A stretch of 64,000 nucleotides of DNA, taken from Calditrichia bacterium (GTDB taxonomy: Bacteria; Calditrichota; Calditrichia; JAJRVZ01). Location of the stretch: contig CAVZSQ010000022.1 of NCBI GenBank assembly GCA_963777955.1, positions 192,001 through 256,000 on the forward strand, in the 5' to 3' direction. The notes beneath the pieces are model-generated. The model was not told the DNA's origin. It made no database searches and saw only the letters and a list, made by a program, of their open reading frames with translations. Positions 1 to 10,026 of this stretch are shown here, in pieces (the stretch's first letter is position 1; every line of letters begins with the position of its first letter). A program made the translations under genes and the position numbers.

Positions 1-1
1 T

Positions 2-913
2 GCCGCGGAAGGATATAAGAAATTACTGGATGATGGCGGTGGTATGATGATCGTTATGGCCGGTGCAATGAGCACTGCCGAGATCGGGCTCTCCCTGGCA
101 GAGATGATCCGCCGTGATAAGGTTCAGGCGATCAGTTGCACCGGGGCCAATTTAGAAGAAGATATTTTTAACCTGGTGGCCCGCAATCATTATGTGCGCA
201 TTCCGGATTACCGCAACCTTAATCCTGCCGATGAGCAGGCTCTGCTGAACCGGCACCTGAACCGGGTTACCGATACCTGTATACCCGAGGAAGAAGCCAT
301 CCGGCGCATTGAAGATGTTATTTTGCAGGAATGGGAAAAGGCGGATAAAAACAACCAGCAATATTTCCCGCATGAATACTTCTATAAACTGATCCAGAAT
401 AAAAAACTGGAAAAACACTATCAGATCGATCCCAGGGACAGCTGGATGATCGCCGCCTGTGAAAAAAATCTGCCGATATTTGTTCCCGGCTGGGAAGATT
501 CCACACTGGGAAATATATATGCTTCTCATTGTCTCCGTAAACATATCAGGAACGTCCATACGGTGCGTACAGGTATTGAATACATGATGAACCTGGCCGA
601 CTGGTATCTGAAAACAACCGAACAACAACCGATCGGTTTCTTCCAGATCGGAGGCGGGATTGCCGGCGATTTCCCGATCTGCGTGGTGCCCATGCTGCGC
701 CAGGATATGGAATTGGAATCAACCCCGCTGTGGGCTTATTTCTGTCAGATCAGTGATTCCACCACCAGTTACGGATCGTATTCCGGGGCAATTCCCAATG
801 AAAAAATCACCTGGGAAAAATTAGGTGCCGATACTCCCCGTTTCATGATTGAATCGGATGCGACGATCGTGGCACCGTTGATTTTTGCCTTTATCCTGGA
901 AACTACCGCTTGA
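2..913 (+). CDS. Deoxyhypusine synthase-like protein (5'-truncated by window edge)
   Basis: Frame is open from position 2 (AAEGYKKLLDDGGG...). DHS motifs AGAMST, TGANLEED, IGGG, SYGSYSGA and EKITWEK, with the Schiff-base Lys retained. Confidence 0.9.
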   Translation, partial: AAEGYKKLLDDGGGMMIVMAGAMSTAEIGLSLAEMIRRDKVQAISCTGANLEEDIFNLVARNHYVRIPDYRNLNPADEQALLNRHLNRVTDTCIPEEEAIRRIEDVILQEWEKADKNNQQYFPHEYFYKLIQNKKLEKHYQIDPRDSWMIAACEKNLPIFVPGWEDSTLGNIYASHCLRKHIRNVHTVRTGIEYMMNLADWYLKTTEQQPIGFFQIGGGIAGDFPICVVPMLRQDMELESTPLWAYFCQISDSTTSYGSYSGAIPNEKITWEKLGADTPRFMIESDATIVAPLIFAFILETTA

Positions 914-1040
914 AAAAGCAGCATAAAATCCGGATTTATTTACACTTTTCTTCTATTTTGGCCTGGCGGCCATTATATTATAATGTAAGCAGCATATTTA
1001 ACGTTTAATCTATCACTTATTCAGAAAAGGGGGATGCAGG

Positions 1041-2246
1041 ATGAATAAACAAAACTGGAAACGCCGGGATTTTCTTAAAGCCGGACTGAGCGGACCGGCA
1101 GGATTATTACTTATTGATTCAGCCAGAGGACAGCAAATTAAAAAGGATGAAAAACCTGGCGGCGGCAATAAACTTGTCTATCGCACCATGGGCAAAACGG
1201 GTTTGCGAGTGCCGGTAGTCAGTATGGGAGTGATGAATGCCGATAATCCGGAGCTGGTGGATGCTGCCTTAAAGGCCGGGATCACTTTGCTGGATACAGC
1301 CCATGGGTACCAGCGGGGCCGTAATGAAGAAATGATCGGTGAAATTATAAAAAAATACAAGCGTGATTCTTATGTGCTGGAAACAAAAATTAAACCCGAC
1401 CAGTCCGATCCCGCCAGGGAACAGCAAATCATCCAGGAGATGATGGGGAAATTGGATACCAGTTTAAAACGCCTGCAATTAAACTACGTCGATATTCTGT
1501 TATTACATGCGGTAAACAGCAAAGAAGATGTCATGTTCGAACCCTATATCCGGGCAATGGAAAAAGCTAAAAAGGAAGGTAAAACCAAATGGGTCGGAGT
1601 ATCCACGCATAGCAATGAACCGGAAGTATTAAATGCCGTGGTCGATGGGAAATTTTATGATGTGGTTTTGACTTCCTATAATTTCAAGCAGGATCATCAG
1701 CAGGAAGTGAAAAAAGCGATCGCCCGGGCAGCGGCTGCCGGCATCGGCATCATAGCTATGAAAACCATGGCCGGTGGATTTTTGGATAAATTGCGGTTCA
1801 AGAAAGTCAATACCCAGGCTGCGCTTAAGTGGGTTTTACAGGATGAAAATGTTCATACCACCATCCCGGGAATGACCAGTTTTGATCAACTGGAATCCAA
1901 TCTGGCGGTTATGGCGGATTTGAGTCTGAGTGAAACCGAGAAACATGACCTGGAACTGGGTAAATTAATGGACGGTTTATATTGCCAGGGCTGCCGGAAA
2001 TGTGAAAAGCAATGTCCCCAGCAGTTACCTGTACCGGAACTGATGCGTGCCTATATGTATGCCTATGGTTACAGGAATTATACTCTGGCTCATGATCTGA
2101 TATCTGCTTTGCATCTGCAACTGAGTACAAAGTCGTGCACAGATTGCCAGCAATGCAGCGTTCAGTGCGCCAAGGGATTCGCAGTGGCCGAGAAAATACA
2201 GGATATCATCCGTCTGCAATCGGTACCGGCTGAATTCTTATCATAA
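1041..2246 (+). CDS. Tat-exported aldo/keto reductase with C-terminal 4Fe-4S domain
   Basis: KRRDFLK twin-arginine leader; YRTMGKTGLRV, LDTAHGY, SLKRLQLNYVDILLLH; CxxCxxCxxxCP and CxxCxxCxxxC near the C-terminus. Confidence 0.88.
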   Translation: MNKQNWKRRDFLKAGLSGPAGLLLIDSARGQQIKKDEKPGGGNKLVYRTMGKTGLRVPVVSMGVMNADNPELVDAALKAGITLLDTAHGYQRGRNEEMIGEIIKKYKRDSYVLETKIKPDQSDPAREQQIIQEMMGKLDTSLKRLQLNYVDILLLHAVNSKEDVMFEPYIRAMEKAKKEGKTKWVGVSTHSNEPEVLNAVVDGKFYDVVLTSYNFKQDHQQEVKKAIARAAAAGIGIIAMKTMAGGFLDKLRFKKVNTQAALKWVLQDENVHTTIPGMTSFDQLESNLAVMADLSLSETEKHDLELGKLMDGLYCQGCRKCEKQCPQQLPVPELMRAYMYAYGYRNYTLAHDLISALHLQLSTKSCTDCQQCSVQCAKGFAVAEKIQDIIRLQSVPAEFLS

Positions 2247-2265
2247 GTTTAAGGATTTTTTTATC

Positions 2266-4893
2266 ATGCTGAAAAGCCCTAAAAAGGTTATAACCCTGGT
2301 TTGTGCAATTCTCGTCCTGCCTGGTCTAGCTGGCATTTCTGCCCGGGCTGCTGAATCCGCCAGTCTTTTTCCGGTGCTGACCGGCTGGGCACAACAGGGA
2401 GAAATTCAGATATACAGAGCAGATAATCTGTATGAATATATCAATGGTGCCGCAGATCTTTATTTGACTTATGATTTTCAGGAACTCCAGGTTGCCGAAT
2501 ATCAAAACGCTCAAAGTGCTGCGGTAGTGATCGAGATATACAGGTTTAATACAGCAGACCAGGCCTTTGGAATGTACAGCCAGGAAAGACCGGGACAGTG
2601 GGAATACCTTCACATTGGAGCACAGGGATACCAGGAAGGTCCTATGCTTAATTTTATCAGCACTAATTATTATATTAAAATCAGCGGCAGCGATATCCCG
2701 GATTCTGCCACTAATGTGATAAAACTGATAGCCATAAAGACGGCAGAGCAACTCGGCGGAAATCCAGGATTGCCATTGGAACTGAAATGTTTCCCGGCTG
2801 CAGATCTGCGGCCTTACTCCGAAAAATTCATTAACCGTAATTTCCTGGGTTATCAGTTTCTGCATGCCGGGTTTCTTGCTGACTACGGAATTGCGGATCG
2901 TGCCTATAAATTGTTTATCATTAAGGGACAGGATAAAAAAGATTGCGCCGGAATGGTGCAGGAACTGCGGAAAAAAAGTACCGGTCAAATAGTTCCAGTC
3001 GCTGAAGGGGATTACCTGTTTATGGATCCTTACCTGGGGACGCTGCTGTTAACCTGGCGGGAATCTTACATCTGGGGAGTCATTGGATTGCAGGATGTAA
3101 TTACCCGTAATCTGCAGTTAGCAGCCCTGGGCAACAATATTCAACGGCTGCTGCAAACTTCTGCGCCGGTGCTGCGGCAGGGGGTGGAAATAGGTATTAC
3201 TTTTCCTGCCGACCGGGATACGATTGAAACAGCGCAGATTCGTCTGGCAGCATGGGTTTCCGATACTTCTGCCAAAGTTACTCTCGATAATAAAGTATTA
3301 GCGGTCTATTCCAGCGGAGCAATTGTATCATTATTGGATCTCCGGCCAGGCTGGAATAAATTTCTGTTGACCGCCCGGCTGGATTCCATTACAGTTACTG
3401 ACACACTACAATTATATCGGAGTCCGCCGATACCCGCTCTGGCGGAAATTCCGACCGCTTTTTCCCCGAATTTTTTTATGCCTGCCGATGACCCCGTTTT
3501 TTATGCTCCGGATCAAATCACCGTTCAATTTATGGGCAGTCCCGGGGGATCAGCCAGTTTTAAAATTAATGATCTGATTGACGATCCCCTGCCGATGGTT
3601 GAACTGGATCCTGATGAAAGTAACGGCATCAAAGGCCTGTATCGCGGGATCTATCTGATCCAACCGGGAAAACGCTGCGAGCAGGAACCGCTGACCTTTT
3701 ATTTGCGGGGAAAAGATAATAAACGGAAGAAATGGAAAACCGAACGCCTGATAACGGTTTTTCAAACCGGCCAGCCTTACCAGGTGGAAACTGTGGATGA
3801 AAGCAACCTGGTATATTATCAGCCGGACAGTGAAATATTTATGGAGTTACCCCCGGAAATCCGGCTGGAACTGAGCGCCGCTTATGGGCGCTGGTCAAAA
3901 GTAAGAATCGGTTCAGCGCGTTACGGCTACATCCGTTCTTCCTCTTTAAAAAAAATAGGTTATGGAGCGGATCTGCTCCAGGCCCGTTGCCACGGATTCA
4001 GAGCACGAATTAACAATGACTGGTTGACCTGCACGTTTGCCATGTCCCGGAAAGTACCATTCCAACTCAGACAGAGTCTGTCGCCGCAATCCCTGGAATT
4101 GACTTTCTACAATACAAATATGCAGGATGAATGGAGTATAATGCCGGAGAATGATAATCTGAATAATCCGGACAGCAGTTTTCTTAAAAATTTTGAGTGG
4201 CAGCAAACGGCCGATGGCGCCCTGCAATTCAGGTTCTTTTTAAATACCCGGCAACAGTGGGGATTCCGGGGCGGGTATGACGGTGAATCCTTTAAACTTA
4301 TGATCCGGCGGCCGCCGGTGATCAGTCCGGACAATCCCTTCAAAAATCTGATTATCGCCCTGGATGCCGGTCATGGCGGGGAACAATCGGGTGCAGTGGG
4401 TGCTACCGGATATACGGAGAAAGAAGCAAATCTGATCTACGCTGAATTTTTAGCGCAAATACTTTCACAGGCCGGTGCCAGGGTGATTCTGACCCGTTCG
4501 GCTGATACCACGCTTACTCTTAAAACCCGGGCTGACCTGGCCCGTCAGAATAATGCTCATCTGCTGATCTGGCTGCATAACAATTCAACCGGCGCCAGTC
4601 GCGATCCACTGGCCGCCCGGGGCACCAGTACATATTATACCCAGCAGCAGGGACAAACTATTGCCCAGTACGTATATCCGGAGTTGCTGAAACTGGGACT
4701 GGCCCCGCAAGGCCGGGTACATCGGTCATATTTTATGACCCGTCAAAGTGATATGATTGTTTTTTTAGTGGAGGGGGCATTTTTATCCCACCCTCAGGAT
4801 GAAATCTTTTTGCTGCATAAGGATAATTTAAAGAATCTGGCCACAGCGGTGTTCCGGGGCCTGCAGAAATTTCTTAACACCCTTGTTGAATAA
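2266..4893 (+). CDS. N-acetylmuramoyl-L-alanine amidase (Amidase_3) with N-terminal DUF6599-like domain
   Basis: Signal peptide. C-terminal IALDAGHGG, EKEANL, LTRSAD, LHNN and VEGAFL amidase motifs. N-terminal NLYEYINGAADLY...AFGMYS resembles DUF6599. Confidence 0.8.
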   Translation: MLKSPKKVITLVCAILVLPGLAGISARAAESASLFPVLTGWAQQGEIQIYRADNLYEYINGAADLYLTYDFQELQVAEYQNAQSAAVVIEIYRFNTADQAFGMYSQERPGQWEYLHIGAQGYQEGPMLNFISTNYYIKISGSDIPDSATNVIKLIAIKTAEQLGGNPGLPLELKCFPAADLRPYSEKFINRNFLGYQFLHAGFLADYGIADRAYKLFIIKGQDKKDCAGMVQELRKKSTGQIVPVAEGDYLFMDPYLGTLLLTWRESYIWGVIGLQDVITRNLQLAALGNNIQRLLQTSAPVLRQGVEIGITFPADRDTIETAQIRLAAWVSDTSAKVTLDNKVLAVYSSGAIVSLLDLRPGWNKFLLTARLDSITVTDTLQLYRSPPIPALAEIPTAFSPNFFMPADDPVFYAPDQITVQFMGSPGGSASFKINDLIDDPLPMVELDPDESNGIKGLYRGIYLIQPGKRCEQEPLTFYLRGKDNKRKKWKTERLITVFQTGQPYQVETVDESNLVYYQPDSEIFMELPPEIRLELSAAYGRWSKVRIGSARYGYIRSSSLKKIGYGADLLQARCHGFRARINNDWLTCTFAMSRKVPFQLRQSLSPQSLELTFYNTNMQDEWSIMPENDNLNNPDSSFLKNFEWQQTADGALQFRFFLNTRQQWGFRGGYDGESFKLMIRRPPVISPDNPFKNLIIALDAGHGGEQSGAVGATGYTEKEANLIYAEFLAQILSQAGARVILTRSADTTLTLKTRADLARQNNAHLLIWLHNNSTGASRDPLAARGTSTYYTQQQGQTIAQYVYPELLKLGLAPQGRVHRSYFMTRQSDMIVFLVEGAFLSHPQDEIFLLHKDNLKNLATAVFRGLQKFLNTLVE

Positions 4894-4927
4894 TTTATTT
4901 TATTCACTTCTCAATTCTGATCCCTGT

Positions 4928-4956
4928 TTGCAACCCGGCGAACGCACCTGTATAAT
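4928..4956 (+). promoter_or_regulatory. Sigma-70-type promoter
   Basis: TTGCAA (4928-4933), 17-nt spacer, TATAAT (4951-4956), about 100 nt upstream of the next gene. Confidence 0.65.
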
Positions 4957-5058
4957 GGATTGATTTTATTATACTACTTTCCTTATATTGGTTCGAACTA
5001 AATCGGTAAATAGAAGTATGATAAAATATATTATTTTTAACAATTGAAAGGAGAAATG

Positions 5059-5796
5059 ATGGTTAGAAGGATGTTGTTGATTTGCCCGTTTATTTTTGCG
5101 CTTATACTGGTTGGCGGTGGTGGAGCACCTGCCGCCGCTCAGGTACATAATCCGGCTGAAATAAGCAGTGATGTGCCGCAATTAACTGATTTTCATGAAG
5201 TGATTTATCAAATCTGGCATGAAGCCTGGCCGCAAAAAAATACAGAAATGTTAAAAGGTTTGATTCCGGAAATTGATAGCGGATACAGCAAGTTAAGCAA
5301 GGCCAAATTATCGCCCCTGCTGCATGAGAAGCAGAGTAAGTGGACCGAGGGGATTTCAGGTATGGCTGAGATCATTGCCCAGTATAAATCAGCAGCAGCC
5401 GCTGCTGACGCCGAAGGCCTGCTTAAAGCAGCAGAAAAACTGCATAGCCAGTACGAAGTTCTGGTACGCACCATCCGCCCGGTGCTGAAGGAGATGGACA
5501 TTTTTCATCAGGAACTGTATTTGTTATATCATTATTATATTCTGGAATATAATAATGATACGATAGCGGCTTCTGCGGAAAAACTGGCAGTCAGGATGGC
5601 AGCCTTGAATCAGGCGGAACTACCGAAGAGACATAAAACAAAAGTCGAACAATTTAATAAATCGCGCCAGGAATTATCCACGGCAGTCGATAAACTCAAT
5701 CAGGCCATCAAAGATAAAGCAGAAAAGGAAGCGGTTCTGGCCGCAGTGGAGGTTGTGCATACCGATTATCAGAAGTTAACCGCGGTGTTTGAATAA
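5059..5796 (+). CDS. Exported all-helical hypothetical protein with internal duplication
   Basis: AAGGAG SD before ATG at 5056/5059; signal peptide; two FHx...H segments. Confidence 0.75.
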   Translation: MVRRMLLICPFIFALILVGGGGAPAAAQVHNPAEISSDVPQLTDFHEVIYQIWHEAWPQKNTEMLKGLIPEIDSGYSKLSKAKLSPLLHEKQSKWTEGISGMAEIIAQYKSAAAAADAEGLLKAAEKLHSQYEVLVRTIRPVLKEMDIFHQELYLLYHYYILEYNNDTIAASAEKLAVRMAALNQAELPKRHKTKVEQFNKSRQELSTAVDKLNQAIKDKAEKEAVLAAVEVVHTDYQKLTAVFE

Positions 5797-5903
5797 ACAC
5801 GGGACAAAGAGACGAAGAGTCACAGGGACAAAGGCAGAGAATCACCTTAAGGTATGCAGGATCCGAAGGATGGCTGTAAACATAACATAATTATGTAAGT
5901 CTC

Positions 5904-7588
5904 ATGAAAAAATTATCAGGAAACTCATCAGTTATTATTTATGGATTAAGATATTTATACTTTTAACATCTTATGTCTTTATCTTGTCTGCCCAGACGGT
6001 CGTTTTTGATTCTTCCAGCATACCCATCGTGGTAATTGATACTCATGGTCAGACTATTGTCAGTGCCAGTAAGATTATTGCCGACATGGGTATTATTGAT
6101 AATGGCGCAGGGGAGTGGAATCATCTGTCCGATCCCTGGAATGACTATAATGGTAAAATCGGCATCGAAATCCGCGGCTCCAGTTCCCAGCAGTTTCCTA
6201 AAAAGCAGTACGCCGTGGAAACACGCGATTCACTGGGCAATGACCTCAATGCCTCACTGCTGGACATGCCCCGGGAAAGCGACTGGATCTTGTATGCTGT
6301 TTATAACGATAAAACGTTGCTGCGTGATGTACTGGCTTTCAAACTGTCGAATGAGCTGGGCATGTACGGCAGCCGCAGCCGTTACTGTGAGTTGGTACTG
6401 AACGGCAATTACTGCGGAGTTTATATTTTATTGGAAAAAATTAAAAGAGATAGAAACCGGGTGGACATCGCTACCCTGGATCTGGATGATGTCAGCGGCG
6501 ATTCGCTGACCGGCGGGTATATAATTAAAATAGATAAATGGGACGGTGAGGTGAATGCCGGCTGGCCGTCCGATTACCGTTCGGTTACCGGTTCAACAAT
6601 TTATTATCAGTATCATTATCCCAAGCCTACCGATATTCAAACTGCCCAAAAAGATTATATTCAGCAATATATCGATACCGTGGAAACAGTACTGGCCGGA
6701 GCGCAATGGAACGATCCGCAGAACGGCTACCGGAGATATTTGAATGTCGAATCTTTTGTGGACTATTTTCTGCAAATTGAACTGGCCAAAAATGTGGATG
6801 GCTTCCGCTTAAGTGCTTTTCTGTATAAAGACCGCAACGATAACGATCCCCTGCTGACTATGGGACCAATCTGGGATTTTACCATAGCCTACGGCAATGC
6901 CGATTATTATGGCTGCCAGAACAGCGACGGCTGGTGGATTGATGATTTTGAACAAATCGGCAGCGGTGATTACAGCCAGATCCCGTTCTATTGGAAAAAA
7001 CTGCGCGGTGATCCTTATTTTGCCAGCAGGGTCAAATGCCGCTGGCTGGAATTAAGAGATACCTATTTTAGCGTTGACCGCATTCATAATTATATCGACA
7101 GTTTAGCTGCTGTACTGGAAGAACCCCAGCAACGCAATTTCCAGAAATGGCCAATCCTGAGCAATTACCCTTATATCTGGCCTTGTCCGCAGGTGGCTGA
7201 CCAGACTTATCCTGGGCATGTAGCCTATCTCAAGACCTGGATCCAGGACCGCATCGCCTGGCTGGATCAAAACATGATCGGGGATTGCAGTCTGGAAGTT
7301 GAAACTGGTGACACAAACAGTCCCGGGCAGTTTCAACTGTATCAGAACTATCCCAATCCATTTAATGCCACCACAACAATTAGCTTCAATTTAGCAACGG
7401 CTGGTGATGTCAGCATCGGTATTTATGATCTGGCCGGACGGGAGGTCTTGACTCTACTGGCCGGTGAAATGGCAGCGGGGGATCACACGGTACGCTATAG
7501 CGCAAATGGACTGTCATCAGGCGTATATCTGTATCAAATGAAAAGCGCAGGATTTAGTCAAGTTAAAAAGATGATATTAATTAAATAA
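5904..7588 (+). CDS. CotH kinase family protein with T9SS type A sorting domain (probable 1-nt deletion in the A-run just after the start)
   Basis: IRGSSS, KKQY, DKTLLR, GVYILLEKIK, NVDG and GPIWDF CotH motifs; NYPNPFN...KKMILIK CTD. Adding one A at 5907-5912 restores the signal peptide MKKIIRKLISYYLWIKIFILLTSYVFILSAQ. Confidence 0.85.
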
Positions 7589-7741
7589 TAAGCTATTTTT
7601 ATTTTACACTGTTTTATATCAAGAATTTCTATCAGATAATTTAGAAATTTATTATTCATTTGCAGATTACCATCATCAAATATTACGGTGAACTAATTAT
7701 ATCACCGGGTCTTAAATATTCAACTAAATAGTGTATATTTT

Positions 7742-8758
7742 ATGAGAAGATATTTTTATCTAATAATTGTATTATTCTTCAATCATTGCACGACTCAAAA
7801 TTTCATACCTCATAAACCATTACACCGGGGTGATAATGAAATTAGCGTAGGATTTAATTATTCCTTTAATAAGATGTCATTTAATTCCATACAGTTGTCC
7901 GTGTTTTACGGAATTGATGATAGGAATGTAATCGGCACATCATTCAATAATTTTATCTTGCCGAATAATATTTCGTACGGACATTACTGGTCCGGTAATA
8001 ATTTATCTCATAGTCTGCAACTACATTTAAATGACATACTGGGTAGTAATTTCAATCCAGCTTATGAATTTGATTATGGTAGTTCTTATCATTATGCAGA
8101 ATATAGTCACAGTATTAAACTAGGTATCGGTTGTTTTGATCTGTCCTTATGGTATAAGGCACACGGTCTTAAATTAGCAAAAAGCAAAATCATTCCAGTA
8201 ATCGGGTACAGGTTTAGAAATAATTCATTTTATGGCGATTTTCAGTTATTGCACGGTATGAACGAATATTACATTCATTATTATAAGGATGACTATTTAA
8301 TCCGCCCCAGAAATCAGGTCAGTGAATACATAATAAAAGAAATCGGAACTAGTTATAAACACTCGGATATTGATACAGTAATTGTCGAGGATGAGAAATA
8401 TAAATTCGCATTTATTAATGGAAATACTTTGATCGTTGATATTCGTGATCCATATCCGGATTGTATTGGTTGTGGTGTAGTGCAAAATACGCATTCAGCA
8501 TATCCTGCTTCAGGTGATCATAAGGTTTATTGGATTTATTGGAAAAATCAGCAAGAGCGAGGGAGTCGTTATAACAATAAGTATTCACCGCTAATGCTGG
8601 AATTAAATATGGGTCAAATCATTGATAATTTTAATAGGGGTGCAGATTTAATATTAAAAGAGGATGATGATCTAGCTGATAAGTCGTTTTTAAGGGCTAA
8701 ATCATTATGGAACAATTTAATAATTTCAACAGGATATATTGAAAGAAACACCAAATAA
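7742..8758 (+). CDS. Hypothetical protein, probable lipoprotein, AT-rich
   Basis: 338-aa ORF with a short hydrophobic leader ending FFNHC; visibly lower GC than its neighbours; no family recognised. Confidence 0.65.
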   Translation: MRRYFYLIIVLFFNHCTTQNFIPHKPLHRGDNEISVGFNYSFNKMSFNSIQLSVFYGIDDRNVIGTSFNNFILPNNISYGHYWSGNNLSHSLQLHLNDILGSNFNPAYEFDYGSSYHYAEYSHSIKLGIGCFDLSLWYKAHGLKLAKSKIIPVIGYRFRNNSFYGDFQLLHGMNEYYIHYYKDDYLIRPRNQVSEYIIKEIGTSYKHSDIDTVIVEDEKYKFAFINGNTLIVDIRDPYPDCIGCGVVQNTHSAYPASGDHKVYWIYWKNQQERGSRYNNKYSPLMLELNMGQIIDNFNRGADLILKEDDDLADKSFLRAKSLWNNLIISTGYIERNTK

Positions 8759-8773
8759 ATACTCTGTGGCAAA

Positions 8774-9670
8774 TTAACTTATGCCTCTAGAATATTCCCG
8801 CAGTTGCTGCGGCGACATACCCATGCGTCGTTTGAAAAATTTTGAAAAATAAAATTGGGAATCAAAACCGGTCATAATGGCTATCTCCTTGACGGGCAGC
8901 GAGGTGCTCACCAATAGATCTTTAGCTTTATTAAGTTTCAACTGCAAAAAATACTGAGCCGGTGCCAGGCTGGTATATTGACGGAACATCCGGCGGAACC
9001 AGGAATAGCCGACACCGAGTTCGAAGGCCAATTCCTCGAACTTGATCTTTCGATCAATACGGTCGGCCATCAGAATTCTTGACTTGTAGATGAGCGTCTC
9101 CATTTCTTTACCGATAAATTTCTTCGATTTTTCCACGCTGTGAACCAGGGCCATAATTTGATAGGTCAAAGCTGCAATAATTTCCTTGTAGCCGATCTTT
9201 TCACTCTCGATACGCTCCATGATTTGCTGGTATAGATTGATGATTTCTACATTCAAGCCGATGTCCAGAACGGCCCTTTCGGGTGAGAAAAGCCCGTGAT
9301 CCATGAATTTCTCGGGTTGCTGACCGTTAAAGGAGACCCAGTGTTCTTTCCAGCCGATTTTCCGTTCGGGCATGTACCGGTGCCAGATACCGGGAAAAAG
9401 CAGAATAATGTTGCCTTCCTCAACCTTTTTTTTGCCGCAGAGTTTGGACTCAAATATACCTTTTCCGCGGGTGATGTACAGGATCTGGAATTCGGGCAGA
9501 ATACGGCCATGCTGCCAGTCGAACATGTAAGTATCCGGGTGTTTGGTCGGCGGATAGTTGGTGTTTGGCGGTAAGTCCGCAGTTCCGCACCCCGTGACAT
9601 ACAGCCCCCAGAGTTTGTCGACCTCGGCAATAGTCAGGTATTTGAATACAGAGTAATCCGTCCGTATCAT
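8774..9670 (-). CDS. AraC family transcriptional regulator (cupin ligand domain plus double HTH)
   Basis: GRILPEFQILYITRGKG cupin; SWFRRMFRQYT and VKEIAIMTGFDSQFYFSKFFKRRMGMSP HTH signature. Confidence 0.92.
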   Translation of the reverse strand: MIRTDYSVFKYLTIAEVDKLWGLYVTGCGTADLPPNTNYPPTKHPDTYMFDWQHGRILPEFQILYITRGKGIFESKLCGKKKVEEGNIILLFPGIWHRYMPERKIGWKEHWVSFNGQQPEKFMDHGLFSPERAVLDIGLNVEIINLYQQIMERIESEKIGYKEIIAALTYQIMALVHSVEKSKKFIGKEMETLIYKSRILMADRIDRKIKFEELAFELGVGYSWFRRMFRQYTSLAPAQYFLQLKLNKAKDLLVSTSLPVKEIAIMTGFDSQFYFSKFFKRRMGMSPQQLREYSRGIS

Positions 9671-10026
9671 TAACAACCTTTCAATTTTATGGTGTCAAAT
9701 AGTACAAAACAAAAATCAAATTATCTATTTATTTTTCCTGAATTAATTTTTAAACTCATGAAAATTATGAAATAAGATAATCCCGGTTTTTATCGGAACA
9801 GTGCGCAAAAGAGGCAAAGGGAGCATTGAATTTCTCACCGGTTTATTACCAGGCATGGATAAAAGGACACACTGATATTAGCCAATAATGGTGATTCAGC
9901 GATATTTAAATAACAAGATCGACGACAGATATTGAGAAAGAAGGGAGGTATAAAATACTTTAATTACCAGCGAAGTATGCGTACCAACTAATCACTAATA
10001 CATAAACTTGTTAACGGAGGTAAATA

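Noticed and set aside
996..1009. Third LacI operator (ATTTAACGTTTAAT) upstream of the aldo/keto reductase
   Set aside because: Only an 11/14 match in AT-rich DNA, 54 kb from the regulator; could be chance.
5798..5840. Short direct repeat GGGACAAAG x2 as a CRISPR or REP remnant
   Set aside because: Only two 9-nt copies, no spacer structure and no cas genes.
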